Assembly (NCBI RefSeq): GCF_016432865.1
Contig: NC_067400.1
Coordinates: 628,990,001 to 629,054,000, forward strand
DNA length: 64,000 nucleotides
Reading direction: 5' to 3'
Source of the DNA: Antechinus flavipes
Taxonomy: Eukaryota
The notes beneath the pieces are model-generated. The model had not been told where the DNA came from, made no database searches, and worked only from the letters and a program-made list of their open reading frames with translations. Positions 1 through 12,514 of this stretch are shown here, in pieces. Made by a program: the position numbers and the translations under genes. How positions within the stretch are numbered: position 1 is the stretch's first letter; every line of letters begins with the position of its first letter.

Positions 1-64
1 ATTCAAATAATGGTCAGAGAGTCATCATCTATTATTCGGATGAGGGGGGAGAAAGGGTCTCCAA

Positions 65-542
65 CTTCTATGTTCCTCTAATTTATTTATAATCTCGTTC
101 TTTATGCCTAGGTCATAGACCCATTTTGATCTTATCTTGGTATATGGTATTAAGTGTGGGTCCATGCCTAATTTCTGCCATACTAATTTCCAATTATCCC
201 AGCAGTTTTTATCAAATAATGAATTCTTTTCCCAGAAGTTAGGGGCTTTGGGTTTGTCAAACACTAGATTGCTATAGTTGACTATTCTGTCTTGTGAACC
301 TAGCCTTTTCCACTGATCCACTAATCTATTTCTTAGCCAATACCAAATGGTTTTGGTGACTGCTGCTTTATAATATAATTTTAGATCAGGTACAGCTAGG
401 CCACCTTCATTTGATTTTTTTTTTCATTAATTCCCTTGAGATTCTCGACATTTTATTGTTCCGTATGAATTTTGTTGTTATTTTTTCTAGATCAATAAAA
501 TATTTTCTTGGAAGTCTGATTGGTATAGCACTAAATAAATAG
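65..542 (-). mobile_element. LINE-1 ORF2 fragment (post-RT region), cut by the assembly gap
   Basis: Minus-strand translation ...LYYKAAVTKTIWYWLRNRLVDQWKRLGSQD...LFDKNCWDNWKLVWQKLGMDPHLIPYTKIRSKWVYDLGIK matches typical L1 ORF2. Similarity is lost below about position 65. Confidence 0.9.
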
Positions 543-1042
543 NNNNNNNNNNNNNNNNNNNNNNNNNNNNNNNNNNNNNNNNNNNNNNNNNNNNNNNNNN
601 NNNNNNNNNNNNNNNNNNNNNNNNNNNNNNNNNNNNNNNNNNNNNNNNNNNNNNNNNNNNNNNNNNNNNNNNNNNNNNNNNNNNNNNNNNNNNNNNNNNN
701 NNNNNNNNNNNNNNNNNNNNNNNNNNNNNNNNNNNNNNNNNNNNNNNNNNNNNNNNNNNNNNNNNNNNNNNNNNNNNNNNNNNNNNNNNNNNNNNNNNNN
801 NNNNNNNNNNNNNNNNNNNNNNNNNNNNNNNNNNNNNNNNNNNNNNNNNNNNNNNNNNNNNNNNNNNNNNNNNNNNNNNNNNNNNNNNNNNNNNNNNNNN
901 NNNNNNNNNNNNNNNNNNNNNNNNNNNNNNNNNNNNNNNNNNNNNNNNNNNNNNNNNNNNNNNNNNNNNNNNNNNNNNNNNNNNNNNNNNNNNNNNNNNN
1001 NNNNNNNNNNNNNNNNNNNNNNNNNNNNNNNNNNNNNNNNNN
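543..1042. other. Assembly gap (exactly 500 N)
   Basis: Run of 500 N. A round number suggests a scaffolding placeholder, so the true size is unknown. Confidence 0.99.
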
Positions 1043-4000
1043 TATAATCTGTAATACATATTATAAGTATATATATATAATATAGAGCAAAAGAGGCTCC
1101 CCTCTATATATAATCTGTAATACATATTATAAGTATATATATATAATATAGAGCAAAAGAGGCTCCCCTCTATATATAATCTGTAATACATATTATAAGT
1201 ATATATATATATATGTAGAGCAAAAGAGGCTCCCCTCTATATATAATCTGTAATACATATTATAAGTATATATATATAATATAGAGCAAAAGAGGCTCCC
1301 CTCTATATATAATCTGTAATACATATTAAAAGTATATATATATAATATAGAGCAAAAGAGGCTCCCCTCTATATATAATCTGTAATACGTATTACAAGTA
1401 TATATATATAATGTAGAGCCAAAGAGGCTCCCCTCTATATATAATCTGTAATACATATTATAAGTATATATATATAATATAGAGCAAAAGAGGCTCCCCT
1501 CTATATATAATCTGTAATACATATTATAAGTATATATATATAATGTAGAGCAAAAGAGGCTCCCCTCTATATATAATCTGTAATACATATTACAAGTATA
1601 TATATATAATGTAGAGCAAAAGAGGCTCCCCTCTATATATAATCTGTATTACATATTATAAGTATATATATATAATATAGAGCAAAAGAGGCTCCCCTCT
1701 ATATATAATCTGTAATACATATTATAAGTATATATATATATAATATAGAGCAAAAGAGGCTTCCCTCTATATATAATCTGTAATACATATTATAAGTATA
1801 TATATATAATATAGAGCAAAAGAGGCTTCCCTCTATATATAATCTGTAATACATATTATAAGTATATATATATATAATATAGAGCAAAAGAGGCTCCCCT
1901 CTATATATAATCTGTAATACATATTACAAGTATATATATATAATGTAGAGCAAAAGAGGCTCCCCTCTATATATAATCTGTAATACATATTATAAGTATA
2001 TATATATAATGTAGAGCAAAAGAGGCTCCCCTCTATATATAATCTATAATACATATTATAAGTATATATATATAATATAGAGCAAAAGAGGCTCCCTCTC
2101 TATATAATCTGTAATACATATTATAAGTATATATATATATAATATAGAGCAAAAGAGGCTTCCCTCTATATATAATCTGTAATACATATTACAAGTATAT
2201 ATATGTAATGTAGAGCAAAAGAGGCTCCCTCTATATATAATCTGTAATACATATTATAAGTATATATATATATAATATAGAGCAAAAGAGGCTTCCCTCT
2301 ATATATAATCTGTAATACATATTATAAGTATATATATATAATATAGAGCAAAAGAGGCTCCCCTCTATATATAATCTATAATACATATTATAAGTATATA
2401 TATATAATATAGAGCAAAAGAGGCTCCCCTCTATATATAATCTGTAATACATATTATAAGTATATATATATATAATATAGAGCAAAAGAGGCTTCCCTCT
2501 ATATATAATCTGTAATACATATTATAAGTATATATATGTAATGTAGAGCAAAAGTGGCTCCCCTCTATATATAATCTGTAATACATATTATAAGTATATA
2601 TATATATATAATATAGAGCAAAAGAGGCTTCCCTCTATATATAATCTATAATACATATTATAAGTATATATATATAATGTAGAGCAAAAGAGGCTCCCTC
2701 TATATATAATCTGTAATACATATTATAAGTATATATATATAATGTAGAGCAAAAGAGGCTCCCTCTATATATAATCTGTAATACATATTATAAGTATATA
2801 TATATAATATAGAGCAAAAGAGGCTCCCTCTATATATAATCTGTAATACATATTATAAGTATTATATATATATAATATAGAGCAAAAGAGGCTTCCCTCT
2901 ATTATAATCTATAATACATATTATAAGTATATATATATAATGTAGAGCAAAAGAGGCTCCCCTCTATATATAATCTGTAATACATATTATAAGTATATAT
3001 ATATAATGTAGAGCAAAAGAGGCTCCCTCTATATATAATCTGTAATACATATTATTAAAGTATATATATATAATATAGAGCAAAAGAGGCTCCCTCTATA
3101 TATAATCTGTAATACATATTATAAGTAATATATATATATAATTAGAGCAAAAGAGGCTTCCCTCTATATAATCTGTAATACATATTTAAGTATATATATA
3201 TAATATAGAGCGAAAGAGGCTTCCCTCTATATATAATCTGTAATACATATTATAAGTATATATATATAATATAGAGCGAAAGAGGCTTCCCTCTATATAT
3301 AATCTGTAATACATATTATAAGTATATATATATAATATAGAGCAAAAGAGGCTTCCCTCTATATATAATCTGTAATACATATTATAAGTATATATATATA
3401 TAATATAGAGCAAAAGAGGCTTCCCTCTATATATAATCTGTAATACATATTATAAGTATATATATATAATATAGAGCAAAAGAGGCTCCCCTCTATATAT
3501 AATCTATAATACATATTATAAGTATATATATATAATATAGAGCAAAAGAGGCTCCCCTCTATATATAATCTGTAATACATATTATAAGTATATATATATA
3601 TATAATATAGAGCAAAAGAGGCTTCCCTCTATATATAATCTGTAATACATATTATAAGTATATATATATAATATAGAGCGAAAGAGGCTTCCCTCTATAT
3701 ATAATCTGTAATACATATTATAAGTATATATATATAATATAGAGCGAAAGAGGCTTCCCTCTATATATAATCTGTAATACATATTATAAGTATATATATA
3801 TAATATAGAGCAAAAGAGGCTTCCCTCTATATATAATCTGTAATACATATTATAAGTATATATATATATAATATAGAGCAAAAGAGGCTTCCCTCTATAT
3901 ATAATCTGTAATACATATTATAAGTATATATATATAATATAGAGCAAAAGAGGCTCCCCTCTATATATAATCTGTAATACATATTATAAGTATATATATA

Positions 4001-5625
4001 TATAATATAGAGCAAAAGAGGCTTCCCTCTATATATAATCTGTAATACATATTATAAGTATATATATATAATATAGAGCAAAAGAGGCTCCCCTCTATAT
4101 ATAATCTATAATACATATTATAAGTATATATATATAATGTAGAGCAAAAGAGGCTCCCCTCTATATATAATCTATAATACATATTATAAGTATATATATA
4201 TAATATAGAGCAAAAGAGGCTTCCCTCTATATATAATCTGTAATACATATTATAAGTATATATAAGAGGCTTCCCTCTATATATAATCTGTAATACATAT
4301 TATAAGTATATATATATATAATATAGAGCAAAAGAGGCTTCCCTCTATATATAATCTGTAATACATATTATAAGTATATATAAGAGGCTTCCCTCTATAT
4401 ATAATCTGTAATACATATTATAAGTATATATATATATAATATAGAGCAAAAGAGGCTTCCCTCTATATATAATCTGTAATACATATTATAAGTATATATA
4501 TATAATATAGAGCAAAAGAGGCTCCCCTCTATATATAATCTATAATACATATTATAAGTATATATATATAATGTAGAGCAAAAGAGGCTCCCCTCTATAT
4601 ATAATCTATAATACATATTATAAGTATATATATATAATATAGAGCAAAAGAGGCTTCCCTCTATATATAATCTGTAATACATATTATAAGTATATATATA
4701 TAATATAGAGCGAAAGAGGCTTCCCTCTATATATAATCTGTAATACATATTATAATTATATATATATAATATAGAGCAAAAGAGGCTTCCCTCTATATAT
4801 AATCTGTAATACATATTATAAGTATATATATATAATGTAGAGCAAAAGAGGCTCCCCTCTATATATAATCTATAATACATATTATAAGTATATATATATA
4901 ATATAGAGCAAAAGAGGCTTCCCTCTATATATAATCTGTAATACATATTATAAGTATATATATATAATATAGAGCAAAAGAGGCTTCCCTCTATATATAA
5001 TCTGTAATACATATTATAAGTATATATATGTAATGTAGAGCAAAAGAGGCTCCCCTCTATATATAATCTGTAATACATATTATAAGTATATATATATATA
5101 ATATAGAGCAAAAGAGGCTTCCCTCTATATATAATCTGTAATACATATTATAAGTATATATATATAATATAGAGCAAAAGAGGCTTCCCTCTATATATAA
5201 TCTGTAATACATATTATAAGTATATATATATAATATAGAGCAAAAGAGGCTTCCCTCTATATATAATCTGTAATACATATTATAAGTATATATATATAAT
5301 ATAGAGCGAAAGAGGCTTCCCTCTATATATAATCTGTAATACATATTATAAGTATATATATATAATATAGAGCAAAAGAGGCTCCCCTCTATATATAATC
5401 TGTAATACATATTATAAGTATATATATATATATATATAATGTAGAGCAAAAGAGGCTTCCCTCTATAATATATAAAATTTATATATATGTTAATACATAA
5501 TTACCCATGTGTGTATATATAACATAGAGCGAAAGAGACTCCCCTCTATAATATATAAATTTTATATATGTTAATACATAATTACCTATGTGTGTATATA
5601 TATAATATAGAGCGAAATAGAGGCT
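1043..5625. repeat. AT-rich ~66-68-bp tandem array (~66 units plus two diverged ~80-bp terminal units)
   Basis: Unit TATAATCTGTAATACATATTATAAGTATATATATATAATATAGAGCAAAAGAGGCT(C/T)CCCTCTATA with variable (TA)n. It explains all the MYYRLYIEGSLFCS ORFs. Confidence 0.97.
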
Positions 5626-6639
5626 TCCCCCCGCGTTCCCAGGTCGGAGTGCCTGCCGCCCCCTGTGTGCCCAGCACGGCCCGGGACTGAGCAGCAGAGG
5701 CCTCTCCGATGTCCAGCTGAGCCCCATCACTAGGACGCTTTGGGGCCCTGCCCTCAGCTTCCCTAAGCTTTGACCAAGCCCAGGGCCAGCTCTTCACCTC
5801 CGAGAGCAAGCTGTCCCGCTCCCGGAGGCAACTTGGGGCTCCCTAGTGTCCCCCCGGCTCCTGTCGTCCTTCCCGAGCAGAAGCCTGGGCTCAGCTACTG
5901 CGGGGCCCTCTAAGAAGCTGGTTTTCACGCCCCACATTTCCTTACGTCTGTCCTCTAGCCCTAGAACAGACTCCTCGGGCCCCTGCCTCGCTGCCCCTCC
6001 CGGGCCCCTCCTCGCTGCCCCTCCCTCGCTGCCCTTCTCGGGCCCCCGGCGCTCAAGGAGCGGCACGAGTCCAGCCCTCAGCCCCGCATCACCCCGGCGC
6101 CCAGAGGATGAACGTCCAGCGAGACTTCTCGGGGCTCCAGGGTAACCAAAGAATTGCGGAGAAGAGAAAGGAAAGTCGAGAAAAGGGCGGGACCTCTCAG
6201 CGCCAGGCCTGGCCGGGCCCTGGCCAGCCTTCAATGGATACACAAGCCCGGGGAGGGGGGAACTTGCCCGGGAGGAGGGAGAGCAGAAGCCGGACACCGG
6301 ACCCTCAGCCCCTCCCCTCCCCCTGCACACAAGGCCCGCTTTCTCAGAGAGCCTCCCACGCAGCCTCGGCCGCCTCCTCCCGCTCGTCTCCTCCTGCCAG
6401 CGGAGCGCGGGCTCTGAGAGCTTGGGGCCCCCACCTGGGGCCTTCGCGCGCCCGCCGGCTTTCCGCCCCTTTCCCGAACCATTCCCCGATGCTGCAGCGC
6501 CTTCTGCCCATCCGGGTGGCGCCTCCCGGGCCCCGAGGCAGAGGCGCCCGCCCCGTGCAAGGGTCTTGTTCTCAGCCCCGTGTCTGCCCGTGAGAGCCCT
6601 GGGGGCGTTTCTGGGAATGCCTCGGCACTGGCCGTCGGG

Positions 6640-6995
6640 TGCCGGGCGGGGATCACCGGCGTGAGCAGAACGGGGGGCGGGGGCGGGACCACTGGCGTGG
6701 GCAGAAGGGGGTGTGGGGGCGGGGTTCACCGGCGTGGGCAAAACGGGGTGTGGGGGCGGGGTTCACCGGCGTGGGCAGAACGGGGGGCGGGGGCGGGACC
6801 ACTGGCGTGGGCAGAAGGGGGTGTGGGGGCGGGGATCATCGGCATGGGCAGAACGCGGTGCCGGGGCGGGGATCACCGGCGTGGGCAGAACGCGGTGCCG
6901 GGGCGGGGATCACCGGCGTGGGCAGAAGGGGGTGTGGGGGCGGGGATCATCGGCATGGGCAGAACGGGGTGTGGGGGCGGGGATCACCGGCGTGG
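6640..6995. repeat. GC-rich 37-bp minisatellite (~9 copies)
   Basis: CGGGGATCACCGGCGTGGGCAGAA(C/G)GGGGTGTGGGGG-like unit, e.g. CGGGGAT at 6867, 6904, 6941. Confidence 0.9.
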
Positions 6996-9089
6996 CCGGC
7001 CCGAGTGCACAGAACAGATGCCCCCAAGTCCTGGAGGAGAGGAAGTAGGGACCACCAAGGGCAGAAGAGCGAGCATCCCCCATTCTGCCGAGCTCCCATA
7101 GCCCCTGAGGGGAGAGCTTCTGGGCGCTCGGGGCAAGGGCAGAACTGGGAAAGCAGAGGGAGGGGCCAAAGCTGCTTCCCATCTCTTCCTCTCTCCTTCT
7201 ACCTGAGTAGCTCCAGGAGACTAAAGGCCCAGCCAACAAGCCTTTAGTAAGCACCTACTATATTCCAGGTACACAAGTGAGCTTGGGGTCCGGCAGGGGC
7301 AGCATGCAAGGGCACTAGCCCCTCCCTGGAAATTCACTTTCTTGGGCTCTGTGCCCACCTACAGGCCCTCCCCCCCCCCCCATCTGGTGCCTTCATTTCC
7401 CCTGTTGTAAAACTGGACTTGATTTTACCAAACAGGAAATGAAGGGCCTGGGGCGCCGAAGAAACGTTCTGCACAAATCTGCCCAGATGAGGTCATTTCA
7501 ATCATGTTAATTCCCACAAAGCGCCCAGAGCTTACTCGGCTTTCCCAGGACCAGAGCTGGGCAGATCCGAAGCCAGGTTTTCCAGCCGGCAGGGCAGGAG
7601 TCCTCTCCCGGAGTGAGCCGGGGGGATGCCGAGGTGCAGGACTCCCCAGGAGCCCCGGATCTGACCCCCAGCCCCAGCCCCGCGACACGGAATGGCCGTC
7701 TTCTCTTCCCTTCCAACGGAGCCCAGCACTTGCCGAGCGCGCCTTCCCGGCTCCACTCCTGGCCCCTCGGTCCCGTGGGGTGGGCGCAGGGCCGGGAGAG
7801 GAGGGGGGTGGGGGGTGGGGAGGGGCAGGCGCTGGGCTGAGAGCCACTCAAGGTGCCGGCTGTGGGCGCAGCACTGGGGGCTCCCAGGGGGCTGCTCTCT
7901 GGCGGACAGACTCAACAAATGGGACAAAGCTCCGGGGCCCCGGAGAGTGACCACCTGCTCAGGAACGCTAACGAAGCGGAGATGGATGGGAGGGGGGTCC
8001 CTGGAAGGAAGCAGGACTCTAAGGGACAGGGAGGGCACTGTGTGCGGAGGGGGAGGTCGGTCTCATGGCCCCTCCCCCCGCGTGATGTTGGGGCGTGCCT
8101 GAGCCCCGCCCCCCCGGACCTGATGTTGGGGCGCGTCTGAGCCCCCGCCCTCTGGCCGTGAAGCAGCCCAAGGTCCATACTGGACAGCACTGCCCTCCCC
8201 ACCAGGGTAGGTGAGCTCTCCCCTTCGGACCCTCCGGAGCCCGTCTGGGTTCCCTGCGCATGGTTTTCCCTCTCCCTCTCCCTCTGGGGCTGGTCCCAAG
8301 CAGTCCCGAACGCCCATCTGTGAGTCCGCGGCGGCTCCCGTCGGTCTGTCCCCCTCCTCTGCCCCGCAAGCCGGGCCCTGGTCTCCCAGCACGCACGTGG
8401 ATGGAGCCGCGGGACTCTGGGCCGCGCTCTGCCCGGCGCAGGGAAGAAGAGTCCTTGCTGGTCCCCTCAGCTTGCAGGCTCCGCCCTGCCCGGCCCCGGG
8501 CTCTGCCCAGGTCAAGGCCCAAGTCGGACGGGCACCCCGTGCCCCCTCGTGCCGGGGGGGGGGCCGGGAGAGCTCGGTCCCCCCCAAGGCGGGTGGCTCC
8601 CACAATTTCCAAGGAGATGAAGCCAGAAGGGCCTCGGGGTCCCAGTGAGAATTCCCCCAAGGGGGTGCTCAGGGGCCACCTCCCAGGGTTCAGCAGCCTG
8701 CCTGGCACGCAGTAGGTGCTTTGGGCATTGGGAACGGTGGGGGGAGGGTCAGCCGCCCCAGCTTCTGGCTGCCCACCACTCCCCCATAAAGGAAATTGAT
8801 CCCGGCCACCCCTGCCCCCATCGCCTCCAGGAGCAAACTCCTTTGGCCTAAAACTGGGTGGAATGGGACCCCAAAGGCCAGCGAGCCACCCCCCTCAGGG
8901 CCCAGGAGAAGAGCCGAAGGCCCTGGAGGGCCCCGGGAATGAGACACAGTTCATAGGCCATCTCCCTGGCTCAGCCCCCCCCCCCCAGGGTCACATGGGG
9001 GAGGCAGGGCCAACGGCAGAGCGGCTCCTGCTCCGCATGTGAGACCTGCTGGGGTTCCCGTGTGCCCTGCAGCTTCCTGGCTGCAGACC

Positions 9090-10532
9090 ATGGGCCGCTG
9101 GCCGCCTGTCCTGCTCTGCCTGGGTAAGTCAGCGCGGCCCCAGCTCCCCCAAAGTCGCCGTGGGCTCTCCGGCCGCTGGGGGCTCCCCATGTGGCAGAAG
9201 GGCTGGGACCCCGGACCCTCCCCAGACTTGCTCCTCGGCCTCTCCCTTCCCCAGGGCTGAGGGAGCGGGTCTGGGGGGCGGCCTCTCACCGGACCTCTTT
9301 AACAGGGCTGTACCTGAGCCAGGAGACCAGGGCACAGAATGGTGAGTAGCGAGTCTCCCCTACCCAGGCCCGCATGGGGGAGGGAGGGCGGGGCCCCCAG
9401 CTGCCGGGGCCACCTGGACCTGCAGGGTTTGCTTCCCTTCCAGAAACCTTTCCCAGGCCCCAGATCATTTTCGAGACCGGCTCTGTGGTCATGGTGGACA
9501 AGCCCGTGTTCATCCGGTGCCGGGGGCCCAAGGAGGCCCGTGTGTTCGTCCTGCAGAAGAGGGAGGACAAGGACTTCATGGAGAGCGAGCACTCCATCTG
9601 GAACGAGGCCCTCTTCTTCTTCCCCCACATGAACGACACCATGGCCGGCCACTACAGCTGCTTCTATCAGTCCGCCTCCGGCATCTCGCCGCTCAGCGAG
9701 AGCGTGAAGCTGGCTGTGGCCGGTACGCGGGCGAGGGGGACGGGGCCCGGGCCGGCCCCCGGGGCTGGAGGCCGTGCACGCCTTCGGGAGGGCGTCAGGG
9801 GCCGCCTCTGCCTCGCTTTCCCCACCAGTAAAATGGATGCTTGCAAAAAGCTCCGGGGACGGCTCCCGGCACCCGCTGGGACTTGTAAGTGCTTCTTCCT
9901 TCGCGGGCCCTGCTTTTTCTCTCCCTAGCCCCCTTTGCTTCTCTTCTCCCCCTTTTCACTTCCTCTCAGGACACCGGGATCGTCCCCACTCAGTCCCGGC
10001 GTCCCGCCGACTCGGAGCCCTCTTCTCCCGCAGGCGTGATCCCCAAACCCCACCTCGTGGCCAGTCCCGGCCCCCGGGTGGCCCCGGGCAAGGCTCTGTC
10101 CTTTAAGTGCTGGTCGGACCAAAAGCTGGACCGGCTGGTCGTGTATCAGGACGAGGGGCTCATCCCGCTCATGTACCGGCTCGCCCCCGACGCGGAGATC
10201 CAGGTCTCCTTCCCCAAGGCCGGCGCCAAACACGAGGGCATCTACTCCTGCATCGGCTTTGCCAGCGAGGAGCCCCTCAGGTGGTCGATGCCCAGCGACC
10301 CCCTGGTGCTCACAGGTGGGCCCGGCCCCTCCTCTCCTCCCGGGAGGTCAGGGGTGGGAGAGGAGACTTCCAGGGGGAGGCGAGGAAGGGTCCCAGCTCA
10401 GAGGTGAGGGGGATATGGGATAGCTCCAAGGCCTAATGGGAAACCTATCCCTCAGTCTCCCGCTCTCCGAGGCTCACTGCGAGGATCACGGTCCTGGTGC
10501 TGCTGCCGGCCCTGGGCACGTTGCTGCGCTAA
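9090..10532 (+). CDS. Gene A: LRC-type (GP6/FCAR/NCR1/LILR-like) two-Ig protein, 235 aa, putative GPI signal
   Basis: Exons 9090-9123 (MGRWPPVLLCL), 9306-9341 (GLYLSQETRAQN), 9444-9722 (Ig1 ETFPRPQI..RCRGP..GHYSCFYQ), 10034-10315 (Ig2 VIPKPHL..KCWSD..GIYSC..WSMPSDPLVLT), 10456-10532 (VSRSPRLTARITVLVLLPALGTLLR*). All introns GT-AG, phase 1. The last acceptor has a short pyrimidine tract. Confidence 0.88.
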
Positions 10533-10609
10533 GCACGGACCGGACGGACGGGGCGCGGGGAAGGCGGCCGATCGCTGCCCCAGGCCAGAGCCCCGGTGCA
10601 AGCACAGGC

Positions 10610-10615
10610 AATAAA
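10610..10615 (+). terminator. Poly(A) signal of gene A
   Basis: AATAAA 77 nt after the TAA stop. Confidence 0.7.
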
Positions 10616-11003
10616 CGCGAGGTCAATGTCACGTCGGTCTCTCTGTCCTGGGGCGTGCGGGGGGGGGGGGGGCTCGGTGGGCACCCCCTGGCCCTCCGGC
10701 GTACAGGGAATAGTGTTCTGCGTGACTGTGTACATGAGGGTTGTGTGGGCACGACACCAGTGCGCCGTGGACTCTGCCTGTGTGAGTTGGGTTTGGCGTG
10801 GAGGGCGAGTGTGTGCGCGCGTAACTGTGACTACTACGTGTGCACGTGCGTCTCGGCGCGTGTGTGTGACCACGTGTAGATTGCGCGGGCACGACTACGT
10901 CGGCCACAGTCACTGCCGAGCACGAGGCCCGGGTCAGGGCTCATCCATCATACATGGAGAAAGGAGAGAAGGTCAAGCTGCGCCAACGGCCTGCCCAGAG
11001 TTT

Positions 11004-11092
11004 CCCACAATGCTCTGGAGGGAAGTTCCCAGAGCCCCGGGGGATCTCCCCCAGCCACACCCAGGGTGACAGCGTCTTCAGTTAGGAACTGC
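11004..11092. repeat. 89-bp duplicated block X (copy 1; identical copy at 16940-17028)
   Basis: CCCACAATGCTCTGGAGGGAAG...CAGTTAGGAACTGC is present at both places. Confidence 0.92.
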
Positions 11093-12278
11093 CCCCAAAG
11101 GTGCCCAGTGAGTGGTCTGTGTGTCCGGGAGCCCCCACCCGCCTGGCGGCCTCTGCTTCCCCTGCCGGGCCCTTCCCCCGGGGCTGTCCTCCGGGTGGCT
11201 CGAAGCTGGGCACTGACCTCCCGGCCCTCGGACCCTTTCCTAGCCTTCGGGGTGCAGGCGGCCTCCGTGGGTGGGCACACGGTGAGCCAGCAGCGTCCTA
11301 GGGCAATACCTCCAAGCAGGCTGGGCCCGACATCGGGTCACTGCGGGTGCCCGCGGGCTTGGTTTCCCCCTCCGTGTAGCCAGGGCACGGAAAGGGGCAA
11401 GTTCGGGTTCGTTTCTGCACGATTCTGAGTCCCCATGTGCCCTCCTTCCCTTCCCTTCCCTGCCCCTCCCCAAGACCATGAGCAAGCTGCCGCAGGTTGT
11501 ACCTAAGTGCATTTTGAGCACATTTCCACGGGAGAAAAAAAGCCACAAAACAAACGAGAAAGGAAAAAAGACGAAAGCCACGTGTCCGTCCCCACGGAGC
11601 CTCCTTCCTTCCCCGGCGCTGCGATTTTCGCTCCCGCCTCTGAGGAATGGTCCTGCCTCCCGGGGCCGTGGCTCGGGCCCGGGCTTGCTGTTCCCGGGAA
11701 GGAGGCTCTCCCGGGCCGGCCCTTCCTGTAAGCCCGGGCTTTTCTGGGAGCTGCCTGCTCGGCGTTCCCGATAGGACCCGAACGTCCCATCACTCGCACG
11801 CGGCAGTTGATCCGCTGCCCGGCTGGGGGGCGGCCGCCCCCTTCCCGGGTCCTTGCCCCTCCGCCGGGAGCTGCTGCGGTTGTTTGCCCACGTGGCCCCC
11901 GTACGGACCAGTCGCCATACTGGTATTTAACAAAGCGGGTCGGACCGACCCCCGGGAAAGGGGAGCACAGGAGGGGGCTGGGCCGGGGACCTTCCACTGG
12001 GCACTTCGGAGAAAAGCCGGCGTTCCGCTGGGGAAGCCTCTTGCGGGGGCTCCGGTGCCGCTTGCAATCGTGCCCCCTTGTGGGGGATGAGACCTGCCCT
12101 GATTGCACGAGGATGGGCACGGACTGAGAGCGCGGACCGCGGTCAGGCCGGAGCAGCGGTGCCCATCGGGGGCGCCCCGGAGACAGGGCGGGGGCACGTG
12201 GACACTGGGTCCGGCCGGGCCTTGGTCAGAGCCGGCCGGGGGCGTGGCTCCCCCAGCCCAGGCGGTGCCTCTGGACTG
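11090..12278. repeat. ~1.19-kb duplicated block Y (copy 1; ~99% identical copy at 19627-20805)
   Basis: By-eye alignment shows roughly ten substitutions and a few short indels. Confidence 0.93.
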
Positions 12279-12514
12279 GGGGGGTGCCTGAGTGCGAGCA
12301 CTCGCCGCGGATCCCGAGGATGTCGGTGCTCACTCCCCGCTCCGCACGTGGCCGGACAGAAAGGAGCCGCGGCCCCGCCCTCCGCGAGTCTCCGCCCCTT
12401 TGAGAGCACTTGCCCTCGGGCGGGGCCCGGGCAGAGCGGGGCCGACAGCGGAGCGGCTCGGGATCCTCCTCCAGTTCCCCAGGCTCCCCGCGGGCCTGGG
12501 ACCCGCTCAGCACC

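Noticed and set aside
487-5449. Many MYYRLYIEGSLFCS.. ORFs
   Set aside because: Translations of the 66-bp tandem array (unit length often a multiple of 3). No splice or protein-family support.
1043-5625. CRISPR-like appearance (palindromic repeat array)
   Set aside because: Eukaryotic context, no unique spacers and no cas genes; it is a plain tandem repeat.
6108-6147. ATG..34 nt..GTAACC resembling an LRC leader exon (MNVQRDFSGLQ)
   Set aside because: Not hydrophobic, and no mini-exon or Ig exon follows before gene A. Probably chance.
9090-10532. Naming gene A as GP6, or the cluster as A1BG/DM43-like antivenom proteins
   Set aside because: Similarity is family-level only. The GP6 stalk, TM and tail exons are missing, and the domain number and C-termini do not match the secreted A1BG-type proteins. 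No symbol was assigned.
10472-10620. Alternative acceptor (GAG) for the gene A last exon, giving a Cys-rich tail
   Set aside because: GAG acceptors are rare and the product is nonsensical. The upstream CAG gives a tail homologous to that of D.
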